Positions 51,009-60,682 of a DNA stretch of 64,000 nt are shown one piece after another. Where the stretch lies: positions 1 through 64,000 of the forward strand of contig CAXXWC010000003.1 of NCBI GenBank assembly GCA_963668645.2, given 5' to 3'. The position numbers were made by a program, and so were the translations under genes. This stretch comes from Desulfobacterales bacterium (GTDB lineage: Bacteria; Desulfobacterota; Desulfobacteria; Desulfobacterales; UBA2174). Positions within the stretch are counted from its first letter, which is position 1; every line of letters begins with the position of its first letter. The notes beneath the pieces are model-generated. The model was not told where the DNA came from. It made no database searches and saw only the letters and a list, made by a program, of their open reading frames with translations.

Positions 51009-51752
51009 ATGATTTATAAAAGCCTTATTCTCGGCGTGCTGTTCAGCATCGGTATTTTCGCCGTCAAAAGCGGGGTCGGTTTTGCCTACGTGCTGGAGCG
51101 GCGCAAAGGTCTGCGGGCTGCGGCCGCCGTCCTGATCTTTGCCTCTGCCTATGGGCTGATCTTCGGCCTGGCAGCCCTGTTCCTGAAAAGGTTCGATCCG
51201 GTGCGTTTTTTACCGGCCTTTCAAACCTTCATTCAATCCGGGATGCTGGTTCATGTGGGCATGGCAGCCTTGATGATGGTCTGGGGCTGGGCGCTTTTGA
51301 AACGCCCCCGGTCCCGATCGGCGCAAACCAGGGGATGGCTGATCCTGGTGCTGCCCTGTCCGGTATGCGCCACGGTGGTTTTGCTGTCCTTGGGCTTCTT
51401 GCTCTCATTGCTGCCGGATCATTTTGGGGGGGTTGTCTGCGGCCTTTACACCGCCTTCATGCTGCTGAGCATGCTGGCCGCATGGGCGTTGCGACGATCC
51501 CAAAAGGCGCTGGACCAACCGTCCGAAACCCTCCTGGGTGGCGCCATGCTGCTGATCGCAGCATGGTTTTTACTGTCGGTGACGATCTTCCCCCAGTTTG
51601 CCGATCTGGATAAAATCTACCGCCTGGCCACTTACCAATCCGGCAGGCAGGCCCAGACCCCGCTTACCGGTCTCTGGCCGGCGATCCTGACCGGAGCATC
51701 CTTTGCCCTAGGCTACGGGTTCACCTACAAAAAAATAAGGAAACTCTCGTAA
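51009..51752 (+). CDS. DUF2162-family membrane protein (HmuT-like)
   Basis: Hydrophobic; GIFAVKSGVG and LPCPVC motifs; directly follows the CobN-like gene. Confidence 0.75.
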   Translation: MIYKSLILGVLFSIGIFAVKSGVGFAYVLERRKGLRAAAAVLIFASAYGLIFGLAALFLKRFDPVRFLPAFQTFIQSGMLVHVGMAALMMVWGWALLKRPRSRSAQTRGWLILVLPCPVCATVVLLSLGFLLSLLPDHFGGVVCGLYTAFMLLSMLAAWALRRSQKALDQPSETLLGGAMLLIAAWFLLSVTIFPQFADLDKIYRLATYQSGRQAQTPLTGLWPAILTGASFALGYGFTYKKIRKLS

Positions 51753-52387
51753 TGGATCTGGGTGCACTGCTCAAAACCTTCATCTATCTCGTGTCATCCT
51801 CGCTGCTTTACCCGGTGCTGCTGCTGCTGGCCGTGCTGGTGCTGCTGATCATCGCCTATGCCGGCTCGTTTTTCGCCGAGTGGCTGGAAAGGGTCAGGCT
51901 GCAAGGCTGCCCGGCCCAGGATCTGCCGGCTTTGCTTAGAACCGGCGAAGCTGCCGGCGTCTTTTCCCACCGGGTCAACCGCTATATCCAGGCATTGCGC
52001 TCAACCAGAGAAAACGCCGCCGGCGACGAGATCGCCGTAGAAAATCTGTTTCAGGACACGACCCTGAAGCTTTGGAAATCCATGGATCGGCTGCGGATAC
52101 TAGTACGGGCGGCGCCTTCCCTGGGCCTGATCGGCACGCTGATTCCCATGGGCACCGGGCTTGCGGCCCTGGGACAGGGCGACATGACCAAATTGACCAC
52201 CGACCTGGTCATCGCCTTTACCACCACGGTGGTCGGTTTGGCTGTCGGCACATCGGCGTTTTTCTTTTACACGATTCGCCGCCGCTGGATCGAAGAGGAC
52301 ATCAAAAACATGGAGCTGGCCACCGAATTGGCCATGAACGCGAAAGAGAAGGCCTGCGATGAAGTATCTGCAACAACGACGAATTAG
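51752..52387 (+). CDS. MotA/TolQ/ExbB-family protein (HmuU-like)
   Basis: Motifs APSLGLIGTLIPMG and IAFTTTVVGL. Confidence 0.88.
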   Translation: MDLGALLKTFIYLVSSSLLYPVLLLLAVLVLLIIAYAGSFFAEWLERVRLQGCPAQDLPALLRTGEAAGVFSHRVNRYIQALRSTRENAAGDEIAVENLFQDTTLKLWKSMDRLRILVRAAPSLGLIGTLIPMGTGLAALGQGDMTKLTTDLVIAFTTTVVGLAVGTSAFFFYTIRRRWIEEDIKNMELATELAMNAKEKACDEVSATTTN

Positions 52388-52730
52388 GAAGGCAGGCCGG
52401 GCCTTCGGCGATCAGGCGTTCGCAGACGATGATCCCATGACCGGGGTGGCCAACCTGTTTGATATCGGCCTGGTGTTCATCGTCGGGCTGCTCATGACCC
52501 TTTTCAGCGCCTACCATCTTCAGGACCTCTTTGATAGAACGTCGCAAATGACCATCATGAAGCAACACAGCTCCGGAGAGATGGAAATCATCGTCAAAAA
52601 GGGGACCCAGATCAAGGCCACCAGAGTGACTCAGGATACGGCCAAGGGTCGGGGCAGCCGTCTGGGAGTGGCCTACCGTCTGGAAGACGGCTCCATGGTT
52701 TACGTGCCCGATGAAAATGCGCCGCGCTAA
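52359..52730 (+). CDS. DUF2149-family protein (HmuV-like)
   Basis: DDPMTGVANLFDIGLVF ... GxGxRLGVAYRLEDGSMVYVP. Confidence 0.85.
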   Translation: MKYLQQRRIRKAGRAFGDQAFADDDPMTGVANLFDIGLVFIVGLLMTLFSAYHLQDLFDRTSQMTIMKQHSSGEMEIIVKKGTQIKATRVTQDTAKGRGSRLGVAYRLEDGSMVYVPDENAPR

Positions 52731-54696
52731 GGAAAGAAACCGCCAAATGAAAAACGCAAAAGCCCCAACCATGAATTCGAGGCAGGAAAACGGATGCTTT
52801 TATCGAAGAGCAAACCCGTTCCTGCCTGCTATCCTGTGGGCGATCGTGTCCGTTTTGCTGACTTGCCCTCCCGGGGCATATGGGCAGCATCACGATGCGA
52901 ACGATGAGGCCCCGCTAGTTCTGGATACCATGGTGGTCAACGCCGAGCGGATCGAGGATTACGTGCAAAGCAATCCCAACCAGGTCGTGGTGCTGGGGCG
53001 TGACGAGATTCTGCAACGCAACATGCTCAGCGTGGAGGAAGCCCTGGGCACCATGCCCGGGGTGGACGTGAAACGAAGTCCGGGGATCGGGGCAAGAATT
53101 TCCATCCGCGGCTCCGGCAAAAGCACCGGGGTGCGGGTACTGCTCAACGGCAGGCCCCTGAACAACAGCCAGTACGGCGGGGTGGACCTTTCCGTCATCC
53201 CCATCGACATGGTCGCCTCCATCACGGTGTTCAAACCGCCGGTGCCGGTATGGCTGGGCCCGGGGGCCAGCCAAGGGGCCATCAGCATCGTGACCCGGAC
53301 CTCAACGGCAAAAGACAAAGACGAGAAAAAACACACCACCCGAGTCCGCACCTCCGGCGGCTCCTACGGCCTGACCGAGACAAGCGCCAGCCACCGGGCC
53401 AAGCTGGATTCGGGCTCGCTCATGGTTTCGGCCTCCGCAAATCACCGGGACGGCAAACGGACCAACAACGACAGGGACAACGGCAACGCGACCTTGCATT
53501 ATGACAAAGAGATCGCCGCAGTCCACCGGCTGGAGTTCGACGCCCGCTATAGCGTATCCGAAAACGGTTCGGTCGGCCCCCTGGACAACCCCACGCCGGA
53601 CGCCCGCCAGTCTTACGACAAGGGCTCCATCGACAGCCGGATAAGCGGCATCTTGGGCGACAGCGGCGATTACGCCGTCAACCTGTACGCGGATACGATC
53701 CACCTGGAAGATGAAAGCCAGTCCGGTTTCACCTCCACCCTCGACGACGAAAAGTACGGGCTCAAATGGGAATACAACTGGAGCGACGCCCAGGCCCTGT
53801 GGGCCGTGCGGGCCAACGGCCTCCTGGAGCACGACCAGCTGGACCATACCCTGTCGGGCCGCCATCACCGGGACAGCGCCGGATTGGGGGTCCAGGCGGA
53901 CCGCAACTGGAAAACGGTCACGCTGACCTTCGGCGCCAGGGGCGACGATACCAGCGGGTTCGGCTTCAATCCGGGCTTTTCCGCCGGCCTGAGATACGCT
54001 TTGGCCCGGGACTGGTCGCTGAAGGTCAACGCGGGCTACACGGTAAGCATTCCCAGTTTCGGCCAGCTCTATCAGCCCAGCCACGGCAGCATCGACCAGG
54101 TCAGGGGCAATCCGGACCTGGCCAAGGAGAAAATCTATTCCACCGACGCCACCCTGGAATTTCGCCCGAACAAGTCCCACCTCTTCCAGGTCACCTTTTT
54201 CCGCAGCGATACCCATGACCCGATCCTCTACCGGCGCGGTTCCGACCTGATCTTCCAGCCCACCAACGGCGACCGGTCCTGGCGCCACGGTCTGGAAGCG
54301 ACCTGGAAATATGTCCTGGACACCGGTCTGAGCATCGATGCCAACGCCATCGTACAGGATTCGCAGGTGGAGGAGACCGGCAACGAACTGACCTATACCC
54401 CCAAGGTGCGGGGCAAGCTCACCTTCCAGTATACTTTCAAAAGACCCGGCACCCGCCTGGAAGCCGCGATACGATACTGCGGCGAGCAGTTCAGCGAGAT
54501 GGAAAACCGGGAATCCCAGCGCCTCGACGATTACATCACGGCCGATATCAAGACTGTCCAGCCGTTTACAATCAAACAGATCGCCGCCGAGTGGTTCCTG
54601 AACGTCGACAACCTGTTCGACAACGGCTACGAGGTCCACTTCGGGTATCCGGACGACGGCATCCGGTTTGTCTCGGGTCTGAATCTGACGTTTTAA
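52711..54696 (+). CDS. Second TonB-dependent receptor (start may be ~52747-52771)
   Basis: LDTMVVNA, ISIRGSG, VLLNGRP, GNPDL and NVDNLFD motifs; C-terminal Phe. Confidence 0.88.
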   Translation: MKMRRAKERNRQMKNAKAPTMNSRQENGCFYRRANPFLPAILWAIVSVLLTCPPGAYGQHHDANDEAPLVLDTMVVNAERIEDYVQSNPNQVVVLGRDEILQRNMLSVEEALGTMPGVDVKRSPGIGARISIRGSGKSTGVRVLLNGRPLNNSQYGGVDLSVIPIDMVASITVFKPPVPVWLGPGASQGAISIVTRTSTAKDKDEKKHTTRVRTSGGSYGLTETSASHRAKLDSGSLMVSASANHRDGKRTNNDRDNGNATLHYDKEIAAVHRLEFDARYSVSENGSVGPLDNPTPDARQSYDKGSIDSRISGILGDSGDYAVNLYADTIHLEDESQSGFTSTLDDEKYGLKWEYNWSDAQALWAVRANGLLEHDQLDHTLSGRHHRDSAGLGVQADRNWKTVTLTFGARGDDTSGFGFNPGFSAGLRYALARDWSLKVNAGYTVSIPSFGQLYQPSHGSIDQVRGNPDLAKEKIYSTDATLEFRPNKSHLFQVTFFRSDTHDPILYRRGSDLIFQPTNGDRSWRHGLEATWKYVLDTGLSIDANAIVQDSQVEETGNELTYTPKVRGKLTFQYTFKRPGTRLEAAIRYCGEQFSEMENRESQRLDDYITADIKTVQPFTIKQIAAEWFLNVDNLFDNGYEVHFGYPDDGIRFVSGLNLTF

Positions 54697-54711
54697 GAAG
54701 ATGCAAAAAAA

Positions 54712-55602
54712 GTGAATCGAACGCTTTATCTTCTCAGCGCCTGGTGTCTGCTGGCCGCCGTCTGCCCCTTTGAAAACCACCCAGTATCGGCGGCCGATGG
54801 GTGTCCTGCCTACCTGTGGATCGCTTGCGGCGACCAGACGCGGGAAAAAGACGGCTCCGTTACCCAGCGCTACCAGATCCTCACAAACGGCGGGTCCTGG
54901 CCGGATTGCCGGTCGGACGCCGGCCTGCATGCCGTTTACACCGCCGCCGGCCGGTATTCACCGGCAAAAGGCTACCACGGAATGCCGGTCTACCGCCGGG
55001 TACCGGTCGTATGCACCGGGGACGAGGCCTACCTGGATATCAACGCCAGGGCGAACACCCTGATCGACCTGTATGTATATGGAGTGTGCGGCGGCAAACG
55101 CTTTATGGCGCAAACCAATCATCCGCTGTACGGCAGGGCCTCGTCCGAAATCCGCCCTTTAGAACAGCCCGCCGCGACCCTGCCCGGGGACATCCCCCGC
55201 CTCCTGCTGGAACCGTCGCGGCGCAGATACCACATGCAAACAGGCCAGACCTACCGTTTCACTTACACGGGCGGGGGCCGTGCGGTGCAATCGGCGACAA
55301 TCATTGAAGATCAAAAACCTGTAGAACAGATTGCCGTTACCCCGGCAGGAGCGCTAGAATACACCCCTGCCCATGATCCCGACCTGGACCGGTCCGGGGC
55401 CTATGACACCAAGGAGGCGGTGGTGCTGGTCGAAGAAGCCGGCGACGGCGGCGGCCGCTTCGCCACCACCTTTACCTTGCTGCTGCACCGCTCCATCTAC
55501 GCCCATTCCAGGCTGTCACCCGGACTGGCGCTTTTCGCCGCCACCGCAGCGGCGGTTCTGGTTCTGGTCTTGGCCAATAAAAGGAGGCCCTGGTACCGGT
55601 GA
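54712..55602 (+). CDS. Hypothetical exported protein with a C-terminal TM anchor
   Basis: Signal-peptide-like N-terminus, C-terminal hydrophobic helix, in-operon position. Confidence 0.65.
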   Translation: MNRTLYLLSAWCLLAAVCPFENHPVSAADGCPAYLWIACGDQTREKDGSVTQRYQILTNGGSWPDCRSDAGLHAVYTAAGRYSPAKGYHGMPVYRRVPVVCTGDEAYLDINARANTLIDLYVYGVCGGKRFMAQTNHPLYGRASSEIRPLEQPAATLPGDIPRLLLEPSRRRYHMQTGQTYRFTYTGGGRAVQSATIIEDQKPVEQIAVTPAGALEYTPAHDPDLDRSGAYDTKEAVVLVEEAGDGGGRFATTFTLLLHRSIYAHSRLSPGLALFAATAAAVLVLVLANKRRPWYR

Positions 55603-56567
55603 TGGTGTCTCGATTACGGGTTGCCACCCAGCATCTCATGTTTCTGGTACTCACTTATGGCGGCAGGGTCGGCATCGGCCTGGGATATGCCCTGCCCTGC
55701 TTTTCCTGCCCCTTTGTTTTCGGATGCGGCGGCGGCTGCTATCTGATGGCCCTGCAAAGCAGTTGGTTGGGCCTGCAGATGTCATGGGCCAACATGGCCA
55801 CCGACATGGGATTGGAAGCGCTGCGGTATGTGGGACTTTTTTTCCTGCTGGCCGCTTTGCTGAACAAATTCTGGTGCGGCTGGATCTGTCCTTTCGGCCT
55901 GGTCCAGGATTGGCTCACCTTTTTGCGCAAACGGCTGGCCATCCGTGAAGCCGGCTTCAGTTGGCTGACCCGGGACCGGCTCAAAGCGGTCAAATACGTG
56001 CTGCTGGCCTATCTGCTGATCGTGCCGTTGTTGATCGCCCATGCGGGGCTGCATTCGGATTTCAATCTGCCGTTTTGCCGCATCTGCCCGGCCAAGCCGC
56101 TCATGCCGCTGTTTGTCGGCGATACGCGGCACCTGGCCCTGGATTTCACCAATTCGGTCACCCTGGGGTTCACGGTCCTTTCGGTGGCCATCGCCGGCGG
56201 CATGCTGGTGGGCATGTTTTTCAAGCAGCGGTTCTTCTGCTATTTCTGCCCTCTGCTGATATTGATTCATATCGTCCGCAAAATCAGCCCGATACGCTTT
56301 GAGAAAAATGTCGACGGCTGCACCGGCTGCGGCAATTGCCAGCGCATGTGTCCCATGGATATCCGCGATGTGCATGAACAAAAAACGCACCAGGACGTAC
56401 TCAGCGAGGACTGCCTCCTGTGTATGACGTGCACGGAGTCCTGCCCGGCAGACGAAGTATTGAGTGTTCGTTTATTCAAATGGCCGCTTTTCAGCTCATC
56501 ACGCGATTACGTGGCGCGCCGTTTTATCAAGAGAAAGCCGAATCGTGAAAGACAGCCCCCCGTCTAG
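55599..56567 (+). CDS. Membrane 4Fe-4S protein (NapH/MauN-like polyferredoxin)
   Basis: WCGWICPFG, FCRICP, FCYFCP and two CxxCxxCxxxCP motifs. Confidence 0.88.
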   Translation: MMVSRLRVATQHLMFLVLTYGGRVGIGLGYALPCFSCPFVFGCGGGCYLMALQSSWLGLQMSWANMATDMGLEALRYVGLFFLLAALLNKFWCGWICPFGLVQDWLTFLRKRLAIREAGFSWLTRDRLKAVKYVLLAYLLIVPLLIAHAGLHSDFNLPFCRICPAKPLMPLFVGDTRHLALDFTNSVTLGFTVLSVAIAGGMLVGMFFKQRFFCYFCPLLILIHIVRKISPIRFEKNVDGCTGCGNCQRMCPMDIRDVHEQKTHQDVLSEDCLLCMTCTESCPADEVLSVRLFKWPLFSSSRDYVARRFIKRKPNRERQPPV

Positions 56568-57789
56568 CGCAAAACTGCGTTACCAAAGGTTGTTGCAGAA
56601 GATCCGGCGGGAAACCCGCCAGGAGTTCGAATCGGCCCGATCCCGGCTGGGCCAGCGCGCCGATTATGATCCGGTCTGGGCGTATTTTCTCGATCTGCTG
56701 ATGCGCTCGGCGGCCCCGGACATGCTGCGCCAGGCCATCGGCCGGCCCCTGGTGGAGCATCTTTGCAACCAGGCTCCTTTTGAGCTGTTCCATGCCATGG
56801 GCGTTCATCCGGTCCGCTTGGGCAGCGGCTGCCATGCCGTGGGACGCTTGTCGGCTTCCGGATTTCCCGTGCTCATGTGCCCCATGCTGAAAGCTACCGC
56901 CGGGATGATGCAGCTGCACGACAACCGGGGACAATCCGGTGAGACGCCCCGGGTGATCCCCACGACCTGTGACTGGGTGGTGCAATTTCCGCAATTGACC
57001 AATGGACAACCCGGAAAGGACTGTTTTCTCGAACTGCCCCATCTGCGCCAAAGCGAAAAAGCGCAGGAGCGATGGTTGGAGGAAGTCTACGGTCTGGTCC
57101 GCTTTCTGGAAGAACGGACCGGGCGCCGGTTGAAACGCAAAGCGCTGGCAAACTCCATTCGCATCTTCATGGACGCATGGCAGGCCCTGGGACACATGAT
57201 CGAAGCCAGAAGAAAGGGGGCTCTGGCCGCGGTCTGGTTCACGGCGGTGGCCAACAGTTTCATGCTCGACCCGATTGAGGTCTGGACCGAACACGTCTTA
57301 AAGGCGCTGGAAGCCATCCGGGCTGCTCCCCATGCCTGCGGTGGCAATGCGGTCTTTTTGGCCGGCGCGCCCATCATTTTCCCGAACTTCAAGCTGCTCG
57401 AACTCGTCGAGGCGGCCGGCATGCAAATCATTGCGGACGATCTGTGCACTTGCGAGCGCATCTTTCCCGGAGCGGTCTGTTTTGACGATCCTTCGTACCA
57501 CGGGATGCTGCGCGCCCTGGCGCAACGTTATCATGAGGGGTGCATCTGCCCCACCTTTGCGGACAATGAACGGCGCATCAACAGCATCCTCAATACCCTG
57601 CGCCAGCACCCGATCCGCAGTGTCATCCACCACGTGATCAAAGGGTGCCATCCATTCGATATCGAAGGCTTTTGTCTTGAGGAGAGGTTGAAGCTGGAGG
57701 GATACAACTTTTTGAAGATCGAAACCGATTACGTCCAGGAGGATAGTCAGAATCTGTTAACCCGCCTGGAGGCCTTCGGACAGATATAA
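56545..57789 (+). CDS. 2-hydroxyacyl-CoA dehydratase-family Fe-S protein (double-cubane-like Cys pattern)
   Basis: Motifs LCNQAPFE, LMCPMLK, TTCDW, DDLCTCER, CICPTF, KGCHPF, LKIETDY and TRLEAF. Confidence 0.8.
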   Translation: MKDSPPSSAKLRYQRLLQKIRRETRQEFESARSRLGQRADYDPVWAYFLDLLMRSAAPDMLRQAIGRPLVEHLCNQAPFELFHAMGVHPVRLGSGCHAVGRLSASGFPVLMCPMLKATAGMMQLHDNRGQSGETPRVIPTTCDWVVQFPQLTNGQPGKDCFLELPHLRQSEKAQERWLEEVYGLVRFLEERTGRRLKRKALANSIRIFMDAWQALGHMIEARRKGALAAVWFTAVANSFMLDPIEVWTEHVLKALEAIRAAPHACGGNAVFLAGAPIIFPNFKLLELVEAAGMQIIADDLCTCERIFPGAVCFDDPSYHGMLRALAQRYHEGCICPTFADNERRINSILNTLRQHPIRSVIHHVIKGCHPFDIEGFCLEERLKLEGYNFLKIETDYVQEDSQNLLTRLEAFGQI

Positions 57790-57802
57790 AGGATACAAAG
57801 AG

Positions 57803-58594
57803 GTGACTGAAGTGGAAGCAGGTGGATTGACTGTCGGCATCGACTTGGGAAGCACCGCCATCAAGCTGGTATTTGTGGAAAATCGGGAACTCGTATGGAA
57901 AAAGGCCGTAGCCACGGTGCCGGGGCAATCGGAAATCGCCGACCGGCTCACGGCCGAAGGACTCGAGGCCCTGGGGCGCAGACCGCGGCAGATCCGGGCC
58001 GTGGCGGTCACCGGATACGGCAAAGGCCTTGTCCGCTGCGCCCATAAGGTCATCGATGAAGTCAGCGCCAACGCCCTGGGGGTGTTTCTGCTCAGCAGGA
58101 GCAGGGCCCGCACGGTGATCAACATCGGCGGCCAGGACGTCAAGGCGATCCGGCTTTCGGACACCGGCAAACTGATCGATTTCAGGATGAACGACAAATG
58201 TGCCGCCGGAACCGGCCGCTTTTTCGAAGTGGCGGCCCGCATCCTGGACACACCGGTGGACGCTTTCGGCACCCTGAGCCAGGATGTGACAGACCCTGTC
58301 AACATCAACAGTACCTGCGCGGTTTTTGCCGAAAGTGAAATTGTCGGCCTGATGGCCAAAGGGATCGCCAAAGAACGGATCATCCAGGGGCTCCACGAGT
58401 CGGTGGCGCGGCGCATTGCCAACCTGGTCGGAAGCCAGGATCTGGAGGACGATTTCTACCTGGATGGCGGCTCGGCCAATAACCGCGGCCTGGTGACCGC
58501 CATTGAAGATGAACTGTTCCGCGAGGTCCAGGTACTGCCTTTGCCGCAGTTTACCGTCGCCTACGGGGCGGCCCGGTCCCTGGAAGCGCGATGA
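57803..58594 (+). CDS. ATP-dependent activase (HgdC/BadF/BadG/BcrA/BcrD family)
   Basis: Motifs GIDLGST, TGYG, IGGQDVK, MNDKCAAGTGRF and STCAVFAESE. Confidence 0.92.
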   Translation: MTEVEAGGLTVGIDLGSTAIKLVFVENRELVWKKAVATVPGQSEIADRLTAEGLEALGRRPRQIRAVAVTGYGKGLVRCAHKVIDEVSANALGVFLLSRSRARTVINIGGQDVKAIRLSDTGKLIDFRMNDKCAAGTGRFFEVAARILDTPVDAFGTLSQDVTDPVNINSTCAVFAESEIVGLMAKGIAKERIIQGLHESVARRIANLVGSQDLEDDFYLDGGSANNRGLVTAIEDELFREVQVLPLPQFTVAYGAARSLEAR

Positions 58595-58708
58595 TGGATG
58601 GACACGCTCGAAAACCAGAACCCGGCCCCGGCATCCCATATCGATTGGAATGCAACATCGTCTCGATATCGGCTTGCTGAAAAACAGACGGAAGAGAGAT
58701 CCAACCCC

Positions 58709-59497
58709 ATGACGCCCCCTATCATCGTGGCCGCCTTCGGTACCACCAGCCAGGCCCGTGCGGTCTATGACCGGGTCGATGCCCGCTTGAGGCAGCATTT
58801 CGCCGATCATGAAATCCATTGGGCCTTTACTTCGCGCATCGTCCGCCGGCATCTGAAAACCCACCGGATCGCTACCCGGTCGCCGGCCGAGGTGCTGGCG
58901 GGCCTGGCGGCCCAGGGTCATCGCTGGGCCGTTGTGCAATCACTGACCATGATCTGCGGCCATGAATTCTATCGTCTGGTCAGCGAGGTCCAACACCCGA
59001 CCTGCCGTGTCAGCGTGGGCCACTCCCTGCTGTGCAGCCCCCACGATCACCATGCCGCCGCCCTGGCCCTGGCACCTGTTCTCACCCGGGATGAATCCGA
59101 AGCCGTCGTGCTGGTGGGCCATGGCACCGACCATTGCGCCTGGACCACCTATCCGGCCTTCTATCAGCGCCTCGGGCAGATGTACGGCCAGAGGGTCTTT
59201 GGCGGCATGATCGAAGAGGGCTGGCCCGACCGGGATAACATCATCGGCAAGATTGTGGACGCCGGTTTTCACCGGGTGCGCCTGGTGCCCTTCATGCTGG
59301 TGGCCGGCGTTCACTTCCAGGAGGACCTGGCCGGCCCTGAAGACTCCTGGAAGACGGCCCTGGAAGCCCAAGGCATTCAAGTCGTATTGGAAAGCGAATC
59401 GCTGGGTCCGCGCTTGCCGATTATCGACATATTTGCCGAACATATCCGCAGCGCACTGGAGGTGATTCCGGAAACAGAAGGCCCCGGGGAGCAGTAG
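58709..59497 (+). CDS. cbiK: Sirohydrochlorin cobaltochelatase
   Basis: Motifs AAFGTT, WAFTSRIV, VQSL...GHEF, VGHGTDH, PFMLVAGVHFQEDLAG and DSWK. Confidence 0.88.
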   Translation: MTPPIIVAAFGTTSQARAVYDRVDARLRQHFADHEIHWAFTSRIVRRHLKTHRIATRSPAEVLAGLAAQGHRWAVVQSLTMICGHEFYRLVSEVQHPTCRVSVGHSLLCSPHDHHAAALALAPVLTRDESEAVVLVGHGTDHCAWTTYPAFYQRLGQMYGQRVFGGMIEEGWPDRDNIIGKIVDAGFHRVRLVPFMLVAGVHFQEDLAGPEDSWKTALEAQGIQVVLESESLGPRLPIIDIFAEHIRSALEVIPETEGPGEQ

Positions 59498-59506
59498 CGC
59501 CCCCCT

Positions 59507-60682
59507 TCACGCGGCCCAGACCCCAGGGATCTGTGTTCCACAAAATCGGCAACACCCGGCCTCCATCTCGTTGCGGGTAAGAAAATAGCCGCGCCGTTCG
59601 ATGATCATCCTGCCGCAGTGGTGGCAGTAAGTATGGTTGCCTTCGTGGCCCGGCACGTTGCCCACGTATACGTAGCGGATCCCCATATCCATGGCGATGC
59701 GCCGCAAGCGGCTCAAGGTCTTTACCGGGGTGGGAGCCAGGCGGTCGAGCTTGTACTTGGGAAAAAAGCGGGAAAAGTGCAAAGGATGATCCGGCCCCAG
59801 GCGGTCGAGGATCCAGCGGCACATATCGCCCACCATGCCATCGTCGTCCACGTAGCCGGGCACCACCAGGTTGGTCATCTCGAAATGCACCCCGGCTGCG
59901 TGCAGGGTTTCGAAGGTGTTCAGAATGGGCTGCAACCGGGCGCCGTTGAGCCGGCGGTAGATGGCGTCGCTGAAGGATTTGAGGTTGACGTTGGCCCCGT
60001 CGATGACGGCGCATAGCCGGCGCAACGGTTCGGGGTTGATATAGCCCGCCGAGATCAGCAGGTTGCGTATCCCGGCGGCCCGGGCCCGCTGGGCCGTATC
60101 GTACATGTACTCGTAAAAGGTGATCGGCTCGCTGTAGGTATAGGCGATGGATGTGGCCCCGGCCGCCGAGGCGGCCTCCACCACCTGGTCGGGAAAAAGT
60201 TCGCGGTGGTGCACGTCCTCGGGCCGCACCTGGCTAATCTCCCAGTTCTGGCAGTTGAGACAGCGCAGGTTGCAGCCGGCCGCGGCGATGGAAAAGGCCC
60301 GGGTGGCCGGCAGGAAATGAAAGAGTGGTTTTTTTTCCACCGGATCGAGGTTCACCGCACACGGGTTGCCGTAGCTCAGGGAAAAGAGCCGCCCCTCAAA
60401 ATTGACCCGCGCGCGGCAGATCCCGCGGTCCCCCGGCGCCAGGTTACAACGGTGGGGGCAAAGCCCGCAGACGACCCGCCCCGCATCCAGGGGCCGGTAA
60501 TCCATGGCCTCCCGGGACCACGGCCAGAGCGCTTTGGGCCCGTCGCCGCGAAAGACCTGTCCGCGAATATCGTCCTGCGCAGCCCAAACCGCCGCCGGCG
60601 CCCCTGCAAAACCGGAAATGGCCAGGGTGCCCAGGGCCGCGCCGGAGCGGCACAAGAAACGCCTGCGGGTCAGGTCTTCCAT
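59507..60682 (-). CDS. amrS: AmmeMemoRadiSam radical SAM enzyme with a twin-arginine-like leader
   Basis: CGLCPHRC, DPVEKKPLFHF, CNLRCLNCQNWEISQ, AYTYSEP and YVYVGNVPG. N-terminus MEDLTRRRFLCRSGAALG. Confidence 0.9.
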   Translation of the reverse strand: MEDLTRRRFLCRSGAALGTLAISGFAGAPAAVWAAQDDIRGQVFRGDGPKALWPWSREAMDYRPLDAGRVVCGLCPHRCNLAPGDRGICRARVNFEGRLFSLSYGNPCAVNLDPVEKKPLFHFLPATRAFSIAAAGCNLRCLNCQNWEISQVRPEDVHHRELFPDQVVEAASAAGATSIAYTYSEPITFYEYMYDTAQRARAAGIRNLLISAGYINPEPLRRLCAVIDGANVNLKSFSDAIYRRLNGARLQPILNTFETLHAAGVHFEMTNLVVPGYVDDDGMVGDMCRWILDRLGPDHPLHFSRFFPKYKLDRLAPTPVKTLSRLRRIAMDMGIRYVYVGNVPGHEGNHTYCHHCGRMIIERRGYFLTRNEMEAGCCRFCGTQIPGVWAA

